A DNA stretch of 24,000 bases from Pseudomonas phage pf16. Positions within the stretch are counted from its first letter, which is position 1; each line of letters begins with the position of its first letter. The DNA is taken from sequence record KU873925.1; one strand, given 5' to 3'. Positions 8,476 through 15,974 of the stretch are shown here, in pieces. The position numbers and the translations under genes were made by a program. The notes under the pieces were generated by a model that worked only from the letters and a program-made list of their open reading frames with translations, had not been told where the DNA came from and ran no database searches.

Positions 8476-8721
8476 TTAGGCGTACTTGACGCCAGGAATG
8501 CGTGGCTTGCCGAAGGCGTCGATGTTGTGCTCTTCGCGGTACTGTTGCATGGCAGCGTGAGCAGCGTCAACGAGGGCTTTTACTTCAGCGAAGCGAGGAG
8601 TATCAGTTTGGCGCGCCTTCTTAAGCACAGTCCACTCAGCGCGCAGCTTGTTGAGCTTGTAGAAGCTCATGCCCATTGCTGCTTCGAGGCCTTTGGTGTG
8701 GTTGACTTTGGCTGCTTTCAT
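8476..8721 (-). CDS. hypothetical protein, 81 aa (start MKAAKVNHTKG)
   Basis: Start in the recurrent leader CACACAGTGAAGAAGGACTACATCATG. Confidence 0.75.
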   Translation of the reverse strand: MKAAKVNHTKGLEAAMGMSFYKLNKLRAEWTVLKKARQTDTPRFAEVKALVDAAHAAMQQYREEHNIDAFGKPRIPGVKYA

Positions 8722-8768
8722 GATGTAGTCCTTCTTCACTGTGTGAGCGTTTTGCTCTTCATGTGTGT

Positions 8769-8797
8769 ATAGTACGACGTGCAAGGTAAGGTGTCAA
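8769..8797 (-). promoter_or_regulatory. putative sigma70 promoter TTGACA-N17-TACTAT
   Basis: -35 8792..8797, -10 8769..8774; 17-nt spacer. Confidence 0.75.
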
Positions 8798-8820
8798 CCC
8801 TACCTCACACATATTTTTGA

Positions 8821-9117
8821 TTATTTGTTGCGTTCAGCTTCGATTCCAATTTGGATTGTCTCCGCTTGTTCGAGTGCCTGGTCGAGCGTCAGGTCCTCGA
8901 TAGTGCTGGCAGTAGGCGACTCCAGGAACGGCAGGTCCATAGGCTCCTGCGTTGGTTCCTCTGGCACTACAACACGCGCAGGCTTGTGTGGAGGAGGATT
9001 GTCAGGGAACTCGGCCACATAGCTGAGCGCCCTGAACATTTGACTGAACACTGGACGAACGTCAGTGCCCGTGAGGAGGAGCAGCGACAGGAAGACAATA
9101 ATCAAAGTTTTCATCAC
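8821..9117 (-). CDS. secreted/membrane-anchored hypothetical protein
   Basis: N-terminal MMKTLIIVFLSLLLLTG signal/anchor. Confidence 0.65.
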   Translation of the reverse strand: MMKTLIIVFLSLLLLTGTDVRPVFSQMFRALSYVAEFPDNPPPHKPARVVVPEEPTQEPMDLPFLESPTASTIEDLTLDQALEQAETIQIGIEAERNK

Positions 9118-9129
9118 ATTCCCCTGGTG

Positions 9130-9432
9130 TCACTTTTTGGCAGTGTTCTCAAGTTGGAGGCAACGGGGCTCTTCAAGCGCCTTGCGGTAGAAGCACATGA
9201 CGGCGTTTGCATCGCGCATGTAACGGGTCATGTCTTCCATCATCACACGGAGGCGCAGGGACTCGTCATACGGCAGGGCGACGTAAACACGACCATCAGT
9301 CGGGATCACTTTCCAATGGAAGGTGTATGGGCTGATAGGTGTCGGCAGTGGCGGATCCGAGATAGTCTCAGAACTCGAGCAACCGAACATCGCGAGCATT
9401 GCTGCAACGATTAGGGCTTTCTTGGCAAACAT
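9130..9432 (-). CDS. predicted lipoprotein, candidate outer-membrane spanin subunit (Rz1-like)
   Basis: MFAKKALIVAAMLAMFGCSSSETISDPPLPTPISPY: lipobox plus proline-rich stretch, immediately downstream of an Rz-like ORF. Confidence 0.55.
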   Translation of the reverse strand: MFAKKALIVAAMLAMFGCSSSETISDPPLPTPISPYTFHWKVIPTDGRVYVALPYDESLRLRVMMEDMTRYMRDANAVMCFYRKALEEPRCLQLENTAKK

Positions 9433-9815
9433 GGCGTTGAGTCTCCAGTGGTGCACGAAATTTCATCAGTGAATGCGTTGAAGCTCTTGTTGATCATCTT
9501 CTCTGTCAACGAGGGCTTAGCGCGCAGCACATCTTCACGACCAGTGAAACGTTCAAGGCCACGCTTGGTGTCGTTGAACTTCTGCGTCGATGCTGCAGTC
9601 TGCGCGTTGAGCTTCTGGCGAGCCTCCTTATCAGCCTTGATACGCTCCTCCAGGTCGTCGAACTTATCTTGGAGCGTGCTGAGGTTGCTGGCGACTTCTG
9701 CCGTTGTCTCTACTTGCTTAGTGTATAACACACCGAACGTTATCGCTAGTGCCAATAGCGACGCACACACGACAGCCATGACTGCGGTAAGTTTACCCTT
9801 GATAAGCTCTATCAT
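9411..9815 (-). CDS. candidate inner-membrane spanin (Rz-like), 134 aa
   Basis: MIELIKGKLTAVMAVVCASLLALAITFGVLY: one N-terminal TM, then a charged coiled coil (LSTLQDKFDDLEERIKADKEARQKLNAQ); overlaps the lipoprotein gene. Confidence 0.55.
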   Translation of the reverse strand: MIELIKGKLTAVMAVVCASLLALAITFGVLYTKQVETTAEVASNLSTLQDKFDDLEERIKADKEARQKLNAQTAASTQKFNDTKRGLERFTGREDVLRAKPSLTEKMINKSFNAFTDEISCTTGDSTPCLPRKP

Positions 9816-9816
9816 T

Positions 9817-10140
9817 TCACAGCCCCTTTGGACGACGAAGGAAGGCAGCGGCACCACTGTCCTTGTTCACTACCAGCAGCGTCTTGGCAGTTGAGTAGTG
9901 CTTCTGGATGAAGGTGCGCAGTTGCTCGTCTTCGATGTAGCCGTTCCACTTGGCATACGGAACCTTACCAAACTGACACTTGGTGTAGGTGGCGTGGTCA
10001 ACCTCGACGAACTTGTGGCCTGCGATGCTACCCGTTCGGAACGGATTATCAGCAGCAGCGACACCTGATGTGGTGTTGGCAGCCATCTCAGACTCAAGCA
10101 GCTTCAGCACTGCAAAGTCAGACAGACTCAGAATAGACAT
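9817..10140 (-). CDS. hypothetical protein (start MSILSLSDF or 4 codons upstream)
   Basis: Co-oriented ORF. Confidence 0.65.
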   Translation of the reverse strand: MSILSLSDFAVLKLLESEMAANTTSGVAAADNPFRTGSIAGHKFVEVDHATYTKCQFGKVPYAKWNGYIEDEQLRTFIQKHYSTAKTLLVVNKDSGAAAFLRRPKGL

Positions 10141-10480
10141 TTCGTACCTCAATCAAGAACTTGGAGTTGAACGCTTGTGGCTCGATCATCGGTAGTGAAA
10201 GGAACAGCAGCACAGAGTTCGCATATTCAACTTGATGATCGAACAGCTTGAACTTGAGGATCTCTGTTGCTGCGTGGTGCTCAAACACGTTGAAGAAACT
10301 GATCACAGTGTTGACCAGAAGCCGGGTGTTGTCTTTGCCCAGAGACAGGTAGTTTGTAATCAGTTTCTTGATCATGCTCGCTTTGAACAGATCAGACTCA
10401 AACTCCGCCTCCGTCAGGCAGAACGGGTTGTCATAGCTCTTGGCCGCATAAAGGCGGAAGTTTGATTCTGTCAGCTTCAT
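10118..10480 (-). CDS. conserved small phage protein of the MKLTESNFRLYAAK.YDNP family (DUF7207-like)
   Basis: N-terminus MKLTESNFRLYAAKSYDNPFCLTEAEFESDL...IKKLITNYL matches a widespread phage family from recall. Confidence 0.8.
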   Translation of the reverse strand: MKLTESNFRLYAAKSYDNPFCLTEAEFESDLFKASMIKKLITNYLSLGKDNTRLLVNTVISFFNVFEHHAATEILKFKLFDHQVEYANSVLLFLSLPMIEPQAFNSKFLIEVRNVYSESV

Positions 10481-10483
10481 GGG

Positions 10484-10987
10484 TTACTGGGCCGCTACTG
10501 GTGCAGGTTGCTCAGCTTCAGGACGAACTTTCGGTGGACGGCCACGACGCTTTGGCACTGGTGCGTTTGGGTCAACAGGTGCAACTGCTGGTGTTGGTGC
10601 AGCTTGGGCCACGACGGCATCTACTACAGGAGCAGGTACATCAGCTGGTGCTTCGGCAACCACAACAGCATCGACCACTGGTGCAACTACAGCAGCTTCA
10701 GGGGCGATGACTGCATCTGGAACTGGCAGTGGAGTGTCAGGCAGGTTTTCGATCAGTGCCTTGACGTCAATGGCAGCTGGTGCTTCTTGGACAGGAGCCA
10801 CAACTTCTTCAAGCACTGGCGGAACCAGGGATATGACACTACCCAGGTATTCGCTGATACGCTTGTCGAGGTTCTTGACACTGACCAGCAGTTCGCCAGT
10901 TTCTTCTACCACCCAGCCGCGTGCCGTTGCGACTACAGTACCCGAGTGAACGGGCTTGTTAAGGAAAGCGGGTGCTCTGGTGCTCAT
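10484..10987 (-). CDS. Ala/Pro/Val-rich protein with AT-hook-like motif
   Basis: KRRGRPPK near the C-terminus; low-complexity centre; N-terminal TARGWVVEETGELLVS shared with 2347..2853. Confidence 0.8.
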   Translation of the reverse strand: MSTRAPAFLNKPVHSGTVVATARGWVVEETGELLVSVKNLDKRISEYLGSVISLVPPVLEEVVAPVQEAPAAIDVKALIENLPDTPLPVPDAVIAPEAAVVAPVVDAVVVAEAPADVPAPVVDAVVAQAAPTPAVAPVDPNAPVPKRRGRPPKVRPEAEQPAPVAAQ

Positions 10988-11075
10988 AAGGTAAATCCTG
11001 GTTGGTTTTGGTAGGTAAACCTATTTATGAGCCAAAACAAAAGGCGCCGGAGCGCCTTTGTTAGGGTGAAGCTGA

Positions 11076-11294
11076 TTAGGCCAGGGCCTTCTCCACTTCA
11101 GCAATCTGTGCAGTGATAGTGGTGATCAGCTGCTGACCTTTAGCCTGCTTGGCTTTGTCTTTCGAACCAGCGAAGGCAGGACCCTGTGCAAGCTTCAGGT
11201 TGACCTTCAGGGTTGCCAGGTAGGCGTTGACGTCTTTGTAACCAGCTGGGAAAGTTACGGTGATGTTGTTACGAACGAAAGTTTGAGTTTTCAT
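11076..11294 (-). CDS. hypothetical protein, 72 aa (start MKTQTFVRNN)
   Basis: Start in the recurrent leader CACAGTGAAGAAGGTAGACATCATG. Confidence 0.75.
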   Translation of the reverse strand: MKTQTFVRNNITVTFPAGYKDVNAYLATLKVNLKLAQGPAFAGSKDKAKQAKGQQLITTITAQIAEVEKALA

Positions 11295-11343
11295 GATGTC
11301 TACCTTCTTCACTGTGTTTGGTGTGTTGTTGCTCTATGTGTGT

Positions 11344-11372
11344 ATAATATGATAAGGTAGGGTAGGTGTCAA
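11344..11372 (-). promoter_or_regulatory. putative sigma70 promoter TTGACA-N17-TATTAT
   Basis: -35 11367..11372, -10 11344..11349; 17-nt spacer. Confidence 0.75.
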
Positions 11373-11427
11373 GCACTAAAACACAAAAAAGGCGCCGAAG
11401 CGCCTTTTTCTTTTGCCTTGCTACTGA

Positions 11428-12501
11428 TTAGTAGCGGTTCACCTCTTTGTAGAAGGTGTCAGTCACGTCGGACTCGACGAAGTAGCCTGCGCAGCGCATC
11501 TTGCTGTCGTTGTAGTCCTTCGGAATGGCTACCACGTCAGCTGGGTTGACCTTCACGCGAACAACGCGGTCGCCGTTGCTCGAGAAGTGGCTGATGTATG
11601 ACTTGGCGCAGACGTGCAGACCATAGGAGCAGGTCACGTCGCTGTCTTCGTTCACCTGGTTGCGAGCGACACGAACTTCCTTGCCCACGGAGTTGTCCAT
11701 GGTGTTCGAGTGCTTGTCCATGTAGGTGCTACGGACGACCTTCCAGGCGTAGAAGTCACCATCGGCAGCCAGTTCGATGTCGTTGTGCTGCAGGAAGCCA
11801 TACAGCTCGTTGACCGAACGGTTGCTTGGGTTCAGCATCAGCTTGTCCAGGAAGTTGAACAGGGTTTCGGCACCAGCCTCACCGTCCTTCTTGATGGTGT
11901 CGATGATGCGCGCACTCAGCTTGCCGCTGATGTCGAACGGCACGCCGCTGTCCGGGGTGTAGGTGATGGCACCGCGAACGACGTCGACCTTGAACTTGCC
12001 CTTGGTGAAGCCTTCGACCATCTTCTTCGGCTGCGACAGGTGGTAAGCCTTTTCCAGGGCTTCTTGGGCCATGCCGCTTTCAGCGATCAGCTTGAAGATG
12101 TCGTCGAAAGTTGGAGACGACTTGTCGACAACAGTGGAGTCATCCACAGCGCCGTTCACCAGGCGGGTCAGGCTGATCGACTTGCGGGTGGCCAGGACGC
12201 GGTACTCGACGTCGTCATCGACTTGTTGGTTGAAGGTCTCAACCAGAGCCTTCACCTGCTCAGGGCTGTCAGCAGTGACAGTGACGGTCTTCTTCGACTT
12301 CTTCTTTTTCTTGGCTGGCTTCTTCACTTGAGCAGGCTTGGCGGCAGCGGTGCTCTTGTCACCATCCGCTGCCAGTTGCTCCAACCAACGACCAATGGTG
12401 CGAACAGACACACCCAGGCTTGCAGCAACTTGCGAACGCGGAGTACCCGCAGCGATCATGTCGCGAGCAGTGATCTTGGTGGTCAGGCTTGCAGTAGTCA
12501 T
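11428..12501 (-). CDS. rIIB: rIIB-like protein with N-terminal helix-turn-helix
   Basis: GDFYAWKVVRSTYMDKHSNTMDNSVGKEVRVARNQVNEDSDVTCSYGLHVCAKSYI...GDRVVRVKVNPADVVAIP matches the rIIB core; N-term VAASLGVSVRTIGRWLEQL HTH; directly downstream of rIIA-like. Confidence 0.9.
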   Translation of the reverse strand: MTTASLTTKITARDMIAAGTPRSQVAASLGVSVRTIGRWLEQLAADGDKSTAAAKPAQVKKPAKKKKKSKKTVTVTADSPEQVKALVETFNQQVDDDVEYRVLATRKSISLTRLVNGAVDDSTVVDKSSPTFDDIFKLIAESGMAQEALEKAYHLSQPKKMVEGFTKGKFKVDVVRGAITYTPDSGVPFDISGKLSARIIDTIKKDGEAGAETLFNFLDKLMLNPSNRSVNELYGFLQHNDIELAADGDFYAWKVVRSTYMDKHSNTMDNSVGKEVRVARNQVNEDSDVTCSYGLHVCAKSYISHFSSNGDRVVRVKVNPADVVAIPKDYNDSKMRCAGYFVESDVTDTFYKEVNRY

Positions 12502-12557
12502 TCAGTGTTCCTCAGTTTCATTTAGTTTGATGTAAACAGGCGCTTAGTGTATGGGTG

Positions 12558-14807
12558 TTACTCTTCTTCTACAACCGGTTGTTCAACTTCTTTTGCACTT
12601 TCGACACTATCAACCAACTGGATGTACCGCTTGACGGCATAGCAGTCATCAGGAGTGAACAACATCGGATAACGGTCCTGGACAGCATCAGTGATAGTAG
12701 TGACAGACGCTTTGATGTCCGCAACACGGTCCTTGACGCTGATAGTCCGTCTGATGTTGTGGGGTATCGAGTTCCAGTTCGTGTATGAAGACAATGCCTT
12801 GGCCTTCTCTGCAAACTTCACAAGTTCACAGTCAGGGTTCTCTGCAACATACTTCAGACCTTCACGCACCATAAGGTCGTAAATTTCACCCATTTCTGCG
12901 CTGATTGCAGCTGCCAGCAAGTTTTCAAGTGTGCACTCGCTGTTCCAGAAGTTCAGCCCATAGTGTGTAGCTGCATCCATCAGGAAGTCTTCATCAAACG
13001 CAGTTACTTCAGTGACACTATCACCAAACAGCTTCAGCGCCTTGTTGTGAGTTTCCTTCTTGACGATGACCAGCGCGTCCAGACCCAGAGCTCGGCAGAT
13101 GTTGTACATCGTCTGCTCACTATTGGTCGCCACAGTGACCGTGATTTCCTTGCCGTTGTCGTCCATCACAGACGTTTTGATCTCACCTTCACTGTACCAG
13201 TCGGCGATGATAACGTACTTGAGGAACGTCAGGTCGTCTGCAGTGATAACCTTCTCACCAAAGGTTGGATAACCGGCACTATCCTTCGCCAGGAAGAATC
13301 GGCAGCGCAGTTCTTCCTTGGTGATACGGTTAGTGACTGCTTTGCGCTCAGTCGGGCCCAGCAACGCCTTCTGAGCATCACGCTCAGCCTTGCGCTTGAT
13401 GCGATCAGCTTCGATGACGTCGGCAGCTACCATGAACTCGATGTAGCTACCAAAGACTTCAGTGAGCTTATCACGCATTGAGTCCGGGATCACCTTCTTG
13501 GTGAAGAACACAGCATAAACCATGTAAGGGTCAGCGAGCTGTCGAGCAACGCGCTGATACCCTTTGTCATCACCCATCAGAACGATGATTTTCTTACCGT
13601 TCAGTTTGGTGAAAGTGTGGTAGCTGGGGTAGTCCGTGCTGTGGCGCTTGACGTAACCACGGTTGTTCCGACCGAAGTAGAAGTCTTCGAAGTACTCAAT
13701 ATCACCAACGTTGTTGTCGGTGTCGAGGATGGTTGACATGAACGACGTCTTACCCCAAACCTCGATGGTCGAGCCCTTGTAGCTGAACATATCGTGGGCC
13801 CAGAGACCTACAGTGTCCTGCACGAGTTTGATGGCATCGATGACAGTGGTGATCTCGCTATCCAGCTTGTCTTGGGTCTCCTGACTGAACAGTCGGATAA
13901 CGTCCTGAACGCGCTTGATGAAGACCTTTTCAGTCTCCTCGTCAAAGGAGATGGTTTCACGCGAAGCTGCAACGTCGAGGTCACCGATCTCGAACTTGAC
14001 GTACAGTGAGTTGTTCTTGAAGAACGTTTGCTCGCCTTTCGTGAAGTGAGCAGCGAAAGTCTCAGCCACGTTGGGTACGTGGTAGCAGACGTTGCCCATG
14101 ACTGCGTAGATGATGTTCTTGTTGTAGCTGCCGTGGCCGTAGGTAGCCCAGAACGAACCATCAGTAGCCAGGCGAATAGCGTTCTTGTTGTCTACCTTCA
14201 GCTCACGGCCGACGATCTCGGGCAGCACAGGGAACCACTGGTACACCTTGTTGGCGTCCTGGGCGAACTGGTCATAGTCGTCGATCTTGACTGGCACAGT
14301 GACGCGCACGCCGTTCGGTTCAGTGGTTGGGGTTGAGGTCAACAACGACACCGAAGGCTCACCCGCCATGTTGATGTACGCGTTGTAGTGGCATTCAATG
14401 CCATCTTTGCGCGTGCGGATGTTGAAGCTGTCAGTGTACGAGAACGGTGTCTTGGAGCCCAGACCCAGGCCACCAATCACGTCGTTGCTTTCAGTCTTGG
14501 TAGACGTGAAGTACGAGGTGTAGATGTTCTCAACGTCAGCTGCACTGAGGCCGATGCCGTAGTCTTCGACATAGAACTCGGAAGACCATTCGTTCGGCAG
14601 ATGCACAGTGAACGGGCGCTCAGGGTAGCCGGCCATCATGTGACTGTCGAAGGCGTTGCAACTCAGTTCACGGATGATCGCTTCAACCTTGCGCGAATAC
14701 AGCGCACTGGAGAGGATCTGGAACGCTTTGGCCGAAGCCTGGATCGTGAACTTCTTCTCGTTGTTGCCGTTGGTCAGTAAGAGGTTTTCTTCTGTCCTGA
14801 TCTTCAT
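12558..14807 (-). CDS. rIIA: rIIA-like protein (GHKL-type ATPase N-terminus)
   Basis: IIRELSCNAFDSHMMAG, YVEDYGIGLSAADVENIYTSYFTSTK, GGLGLGSKTPFSYTDSFNI are GHKL ATP-binding motifs in an rIIA context. Confidence 0.93.
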   Translation of the reverse strand: MKIRTEENLLLTNGNNEKKFTIQASAKAFQILSSALYSRKVEAIIRELSCNAFDSHMMAGYPERPFTVHLPNEWSSEFYVEDYGIGLSAADVENIYTSYFTSTKTESNDVIGGLGLGSKTPFSYTDSFNIRTRKDGIECHYNAYINMAGEPSVSLLTSTPTTEPNGVRVTVPVKIDDYDQFAQDANKVYQWFPVLPEIVGRELKVDNKNAIRLATDGSFWATYGHGSYNKNIIYAVMGNVCYHVPNVAETFAAHFTKGEQTFFKNNSLYVKFEIGDLDVAASRETISFDEETEKVFIKRVQDVIRLFSQETQDKLDSEITTVIDAIKLVQDTVGLWAHDMFSYKGSTIEVWGKTSFMSTILDTDNNVGDIEYFEDFYFGRNNRGYVKRHSTDYPSYHTFTKLNGKKIIVLMGDDKGYQRVARQLADPYMVYAVFFTKKVIPDSMRDKLTEVFGSYIEFMVAADVIEADRIKRKAERDAQKALLGPTERKAVTNRITKEELRCRFFLAKDSAGYPTFGEKVITADDLTFLKYVIIADWYSEGEIKTSVMDDNGKEITVTVATNSEQTMYNICRALGLDALVIVKKETHNKALKLFGDSVTEVTAFDEDFLMDAATHYGLNFWNSECTLENLLAAAISAEMGEIYDLMVREGLKYVAENPDCELVKFAEKAKALSSYTNWNSIPHNIRRTISVKDRVADIKASVTTITDAVQDRYPMLFTPDDCYAVKRYIQLVDSVESAKEVEQPVVEEE

Positions 14808-15097
14808 GCCTGTAGTTTTTCCTTCAGTTTGTTGATGACATCTTCGATGCGGGGTGCAACGAAATTCTTGGCGTGCATGTGAGCCTTGTCGAGCTTGAGC
14901 AGCCTGCAGTGAGGTTTCTTGATAATACGCGGCACACCACCATACTCCTTAACCATGATACGGCCGTCGGCAGCAAAGCCTGCAAAGAAGTAGAAGCGCA
15001 GGTGAGCGCCTCCGATGTTGTCTTCGATCCGCATGAACGAGTCACCCTTCGAGATAGGTTGATCGAACATGTCAGTGAGCTGAGTTTTTGACGCCAT
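14804..15097 (-). CDS. hypothetical protein, 97 aa
   Basis: ATGA overlap with the rIIA start. Confidence 0.8.
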   Translation of the reverse strand: MASKTQLTDMFDQPISKGDSFMRIEDNIGGAHLRFYFFAGFAADGRIMVKEYGGVPRIIKKPHCRLLKLDKAHMHAKNFVAPRIEDVINKLKEKLQA

Positions 15098-15138
15098 CCA
15101 GGGTCACCTTTGTTGGGTGGTTTGTGTAAAGAGCACAA

Positions 15139-15168
15139 ACTATAAAGGGGTTGACCCGTTAGAGTCAA
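15139..15168 (-). promoter_or_regulatory. putative promoter TTGACT-N18-TATAGT overlapped by a perfect inverted repeat
   Basis: -35 15163..15168, -10 15139..15144 upstream of the ORF leading into rIIA/rIIB. Confidence 0.55.
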
Positions 15169-15174
15169 CCCCTT
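15145..15174. repeat. perfect 11-bp-arm inverted repeat AAGGGGTTGAC-N8-GTCAACCCCTT
   Basis: Arms 15145..15155 and 15164..15174 read directly; could be terminator and/or operator. Confidence 0.9.
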
Positions 15175-15194
15175 AATCATGAATGAGTTTGTGG

Positions 15195-15407
15195 TTATTT
15201 GTTGATGAACTCAACCTCATCACCGTGCTCACGTTCTATCTCCGCGAGAATCGCGTCATAGCTGCCGAGATTCACATAGCGCTGGATAGCCCTGGCGTGC
15301 TCAAGAGACTCGCGAGCATGGCCCTGCAGCGTGGTTACAACGTACTCCAGGACCCAGAACACGTTACCCTCAGGACTGGACAGGTCGATTACCTTTTTGT
15401 TCTTCAC
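15195..15407 (-). CDS. hypothetical protein, 70 aa
   Basis: Preceded by GGAGG Shine-Dalgarno; co-oriented. Confidence 0.75.
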   Translation of the reverse strand: MKNKKVIDLSSPEGNVFWVLEYVVTTLQGHARESLEHARAIQRYVNLGSYDAILAEIEREHGDEVEFINK

Positions 15408-15520
15408 GTGAAACCTCCATGATAAGTGATACGCAGTTGAGTGCGTGGAGGTATTGTACTGATAATCTAGTCACAAGTAAAGCCCGAAAACGGGCTTCAC
15501 TTGTTGCAGCTGCCTGGAGT

Positions 15521-15925
15521 TTACAGGGCGTCGCGCAGAGCGATCAGCTCGTCCAGGGACTTGCCTTCCAGCTCGCCTTGTTGCTTGCGAGCGATCAGCT
15601 CGTCCAGTTCCTGGCGCTTCTGCTTGCGCTGGAGAGCGTCCTGGGCGGCAGCAGCTTCAGCCTGGCGAACGGCGATAACATGCTTGACGATGTCGAGCTT
15701 CAGCTGAGCGGTAGCGTTGACAGCGTTCGGCGTGGTCGACACGAAGCTGACTTGGGTGTCCTTCAGCTGGTTGTGCAGGCCGACGGCGATGTCGTTCAGG
15801 TTGACTTTGGTCGCATGGGTCAGCGGCAGGTCCCACAGGTCCTCGGTGGCCAGTTCGCCCACTTTGGAGTTGAAACGCAGCTTCTGACGGGAAGCGACTT
15901 GGAACAGATCGGTGGTAGTGGTCAT
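15521..15925 (-). CDS. conserved phage hypothetical, 134 aa
   Basis: Co-oriented ORF with helical C-terminus and SD upstream (CTGAAGGAAACTGAAAATG). Confidence 0.8.
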   Translation of the reverse strand: MTTTTDLFQVASRQKLRFNSKVGELATEDLWDLPLTHATKVNLNDIAVGLHNQLKDTQVSFVSTTPNAVNATAQLKLDIVKHVIAVRQAEAAAAQDALQRKQKRQELDELIARKQQGELEGKSLDELIALRDAL

Positions 15926-15974
15926 TTTCAGTTTCCTTCAGTTTTCAGTAAGAACTTCAGTAAGTTGTTGGCGT

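Noticed and set aside
11614-12525. 303-aa plus-strand ORF opposite rIIB
   Set aside because: Antisense shadow of a confidently identified gene; His/Val/Asp-rich composition typical of reverse-frame artefact.
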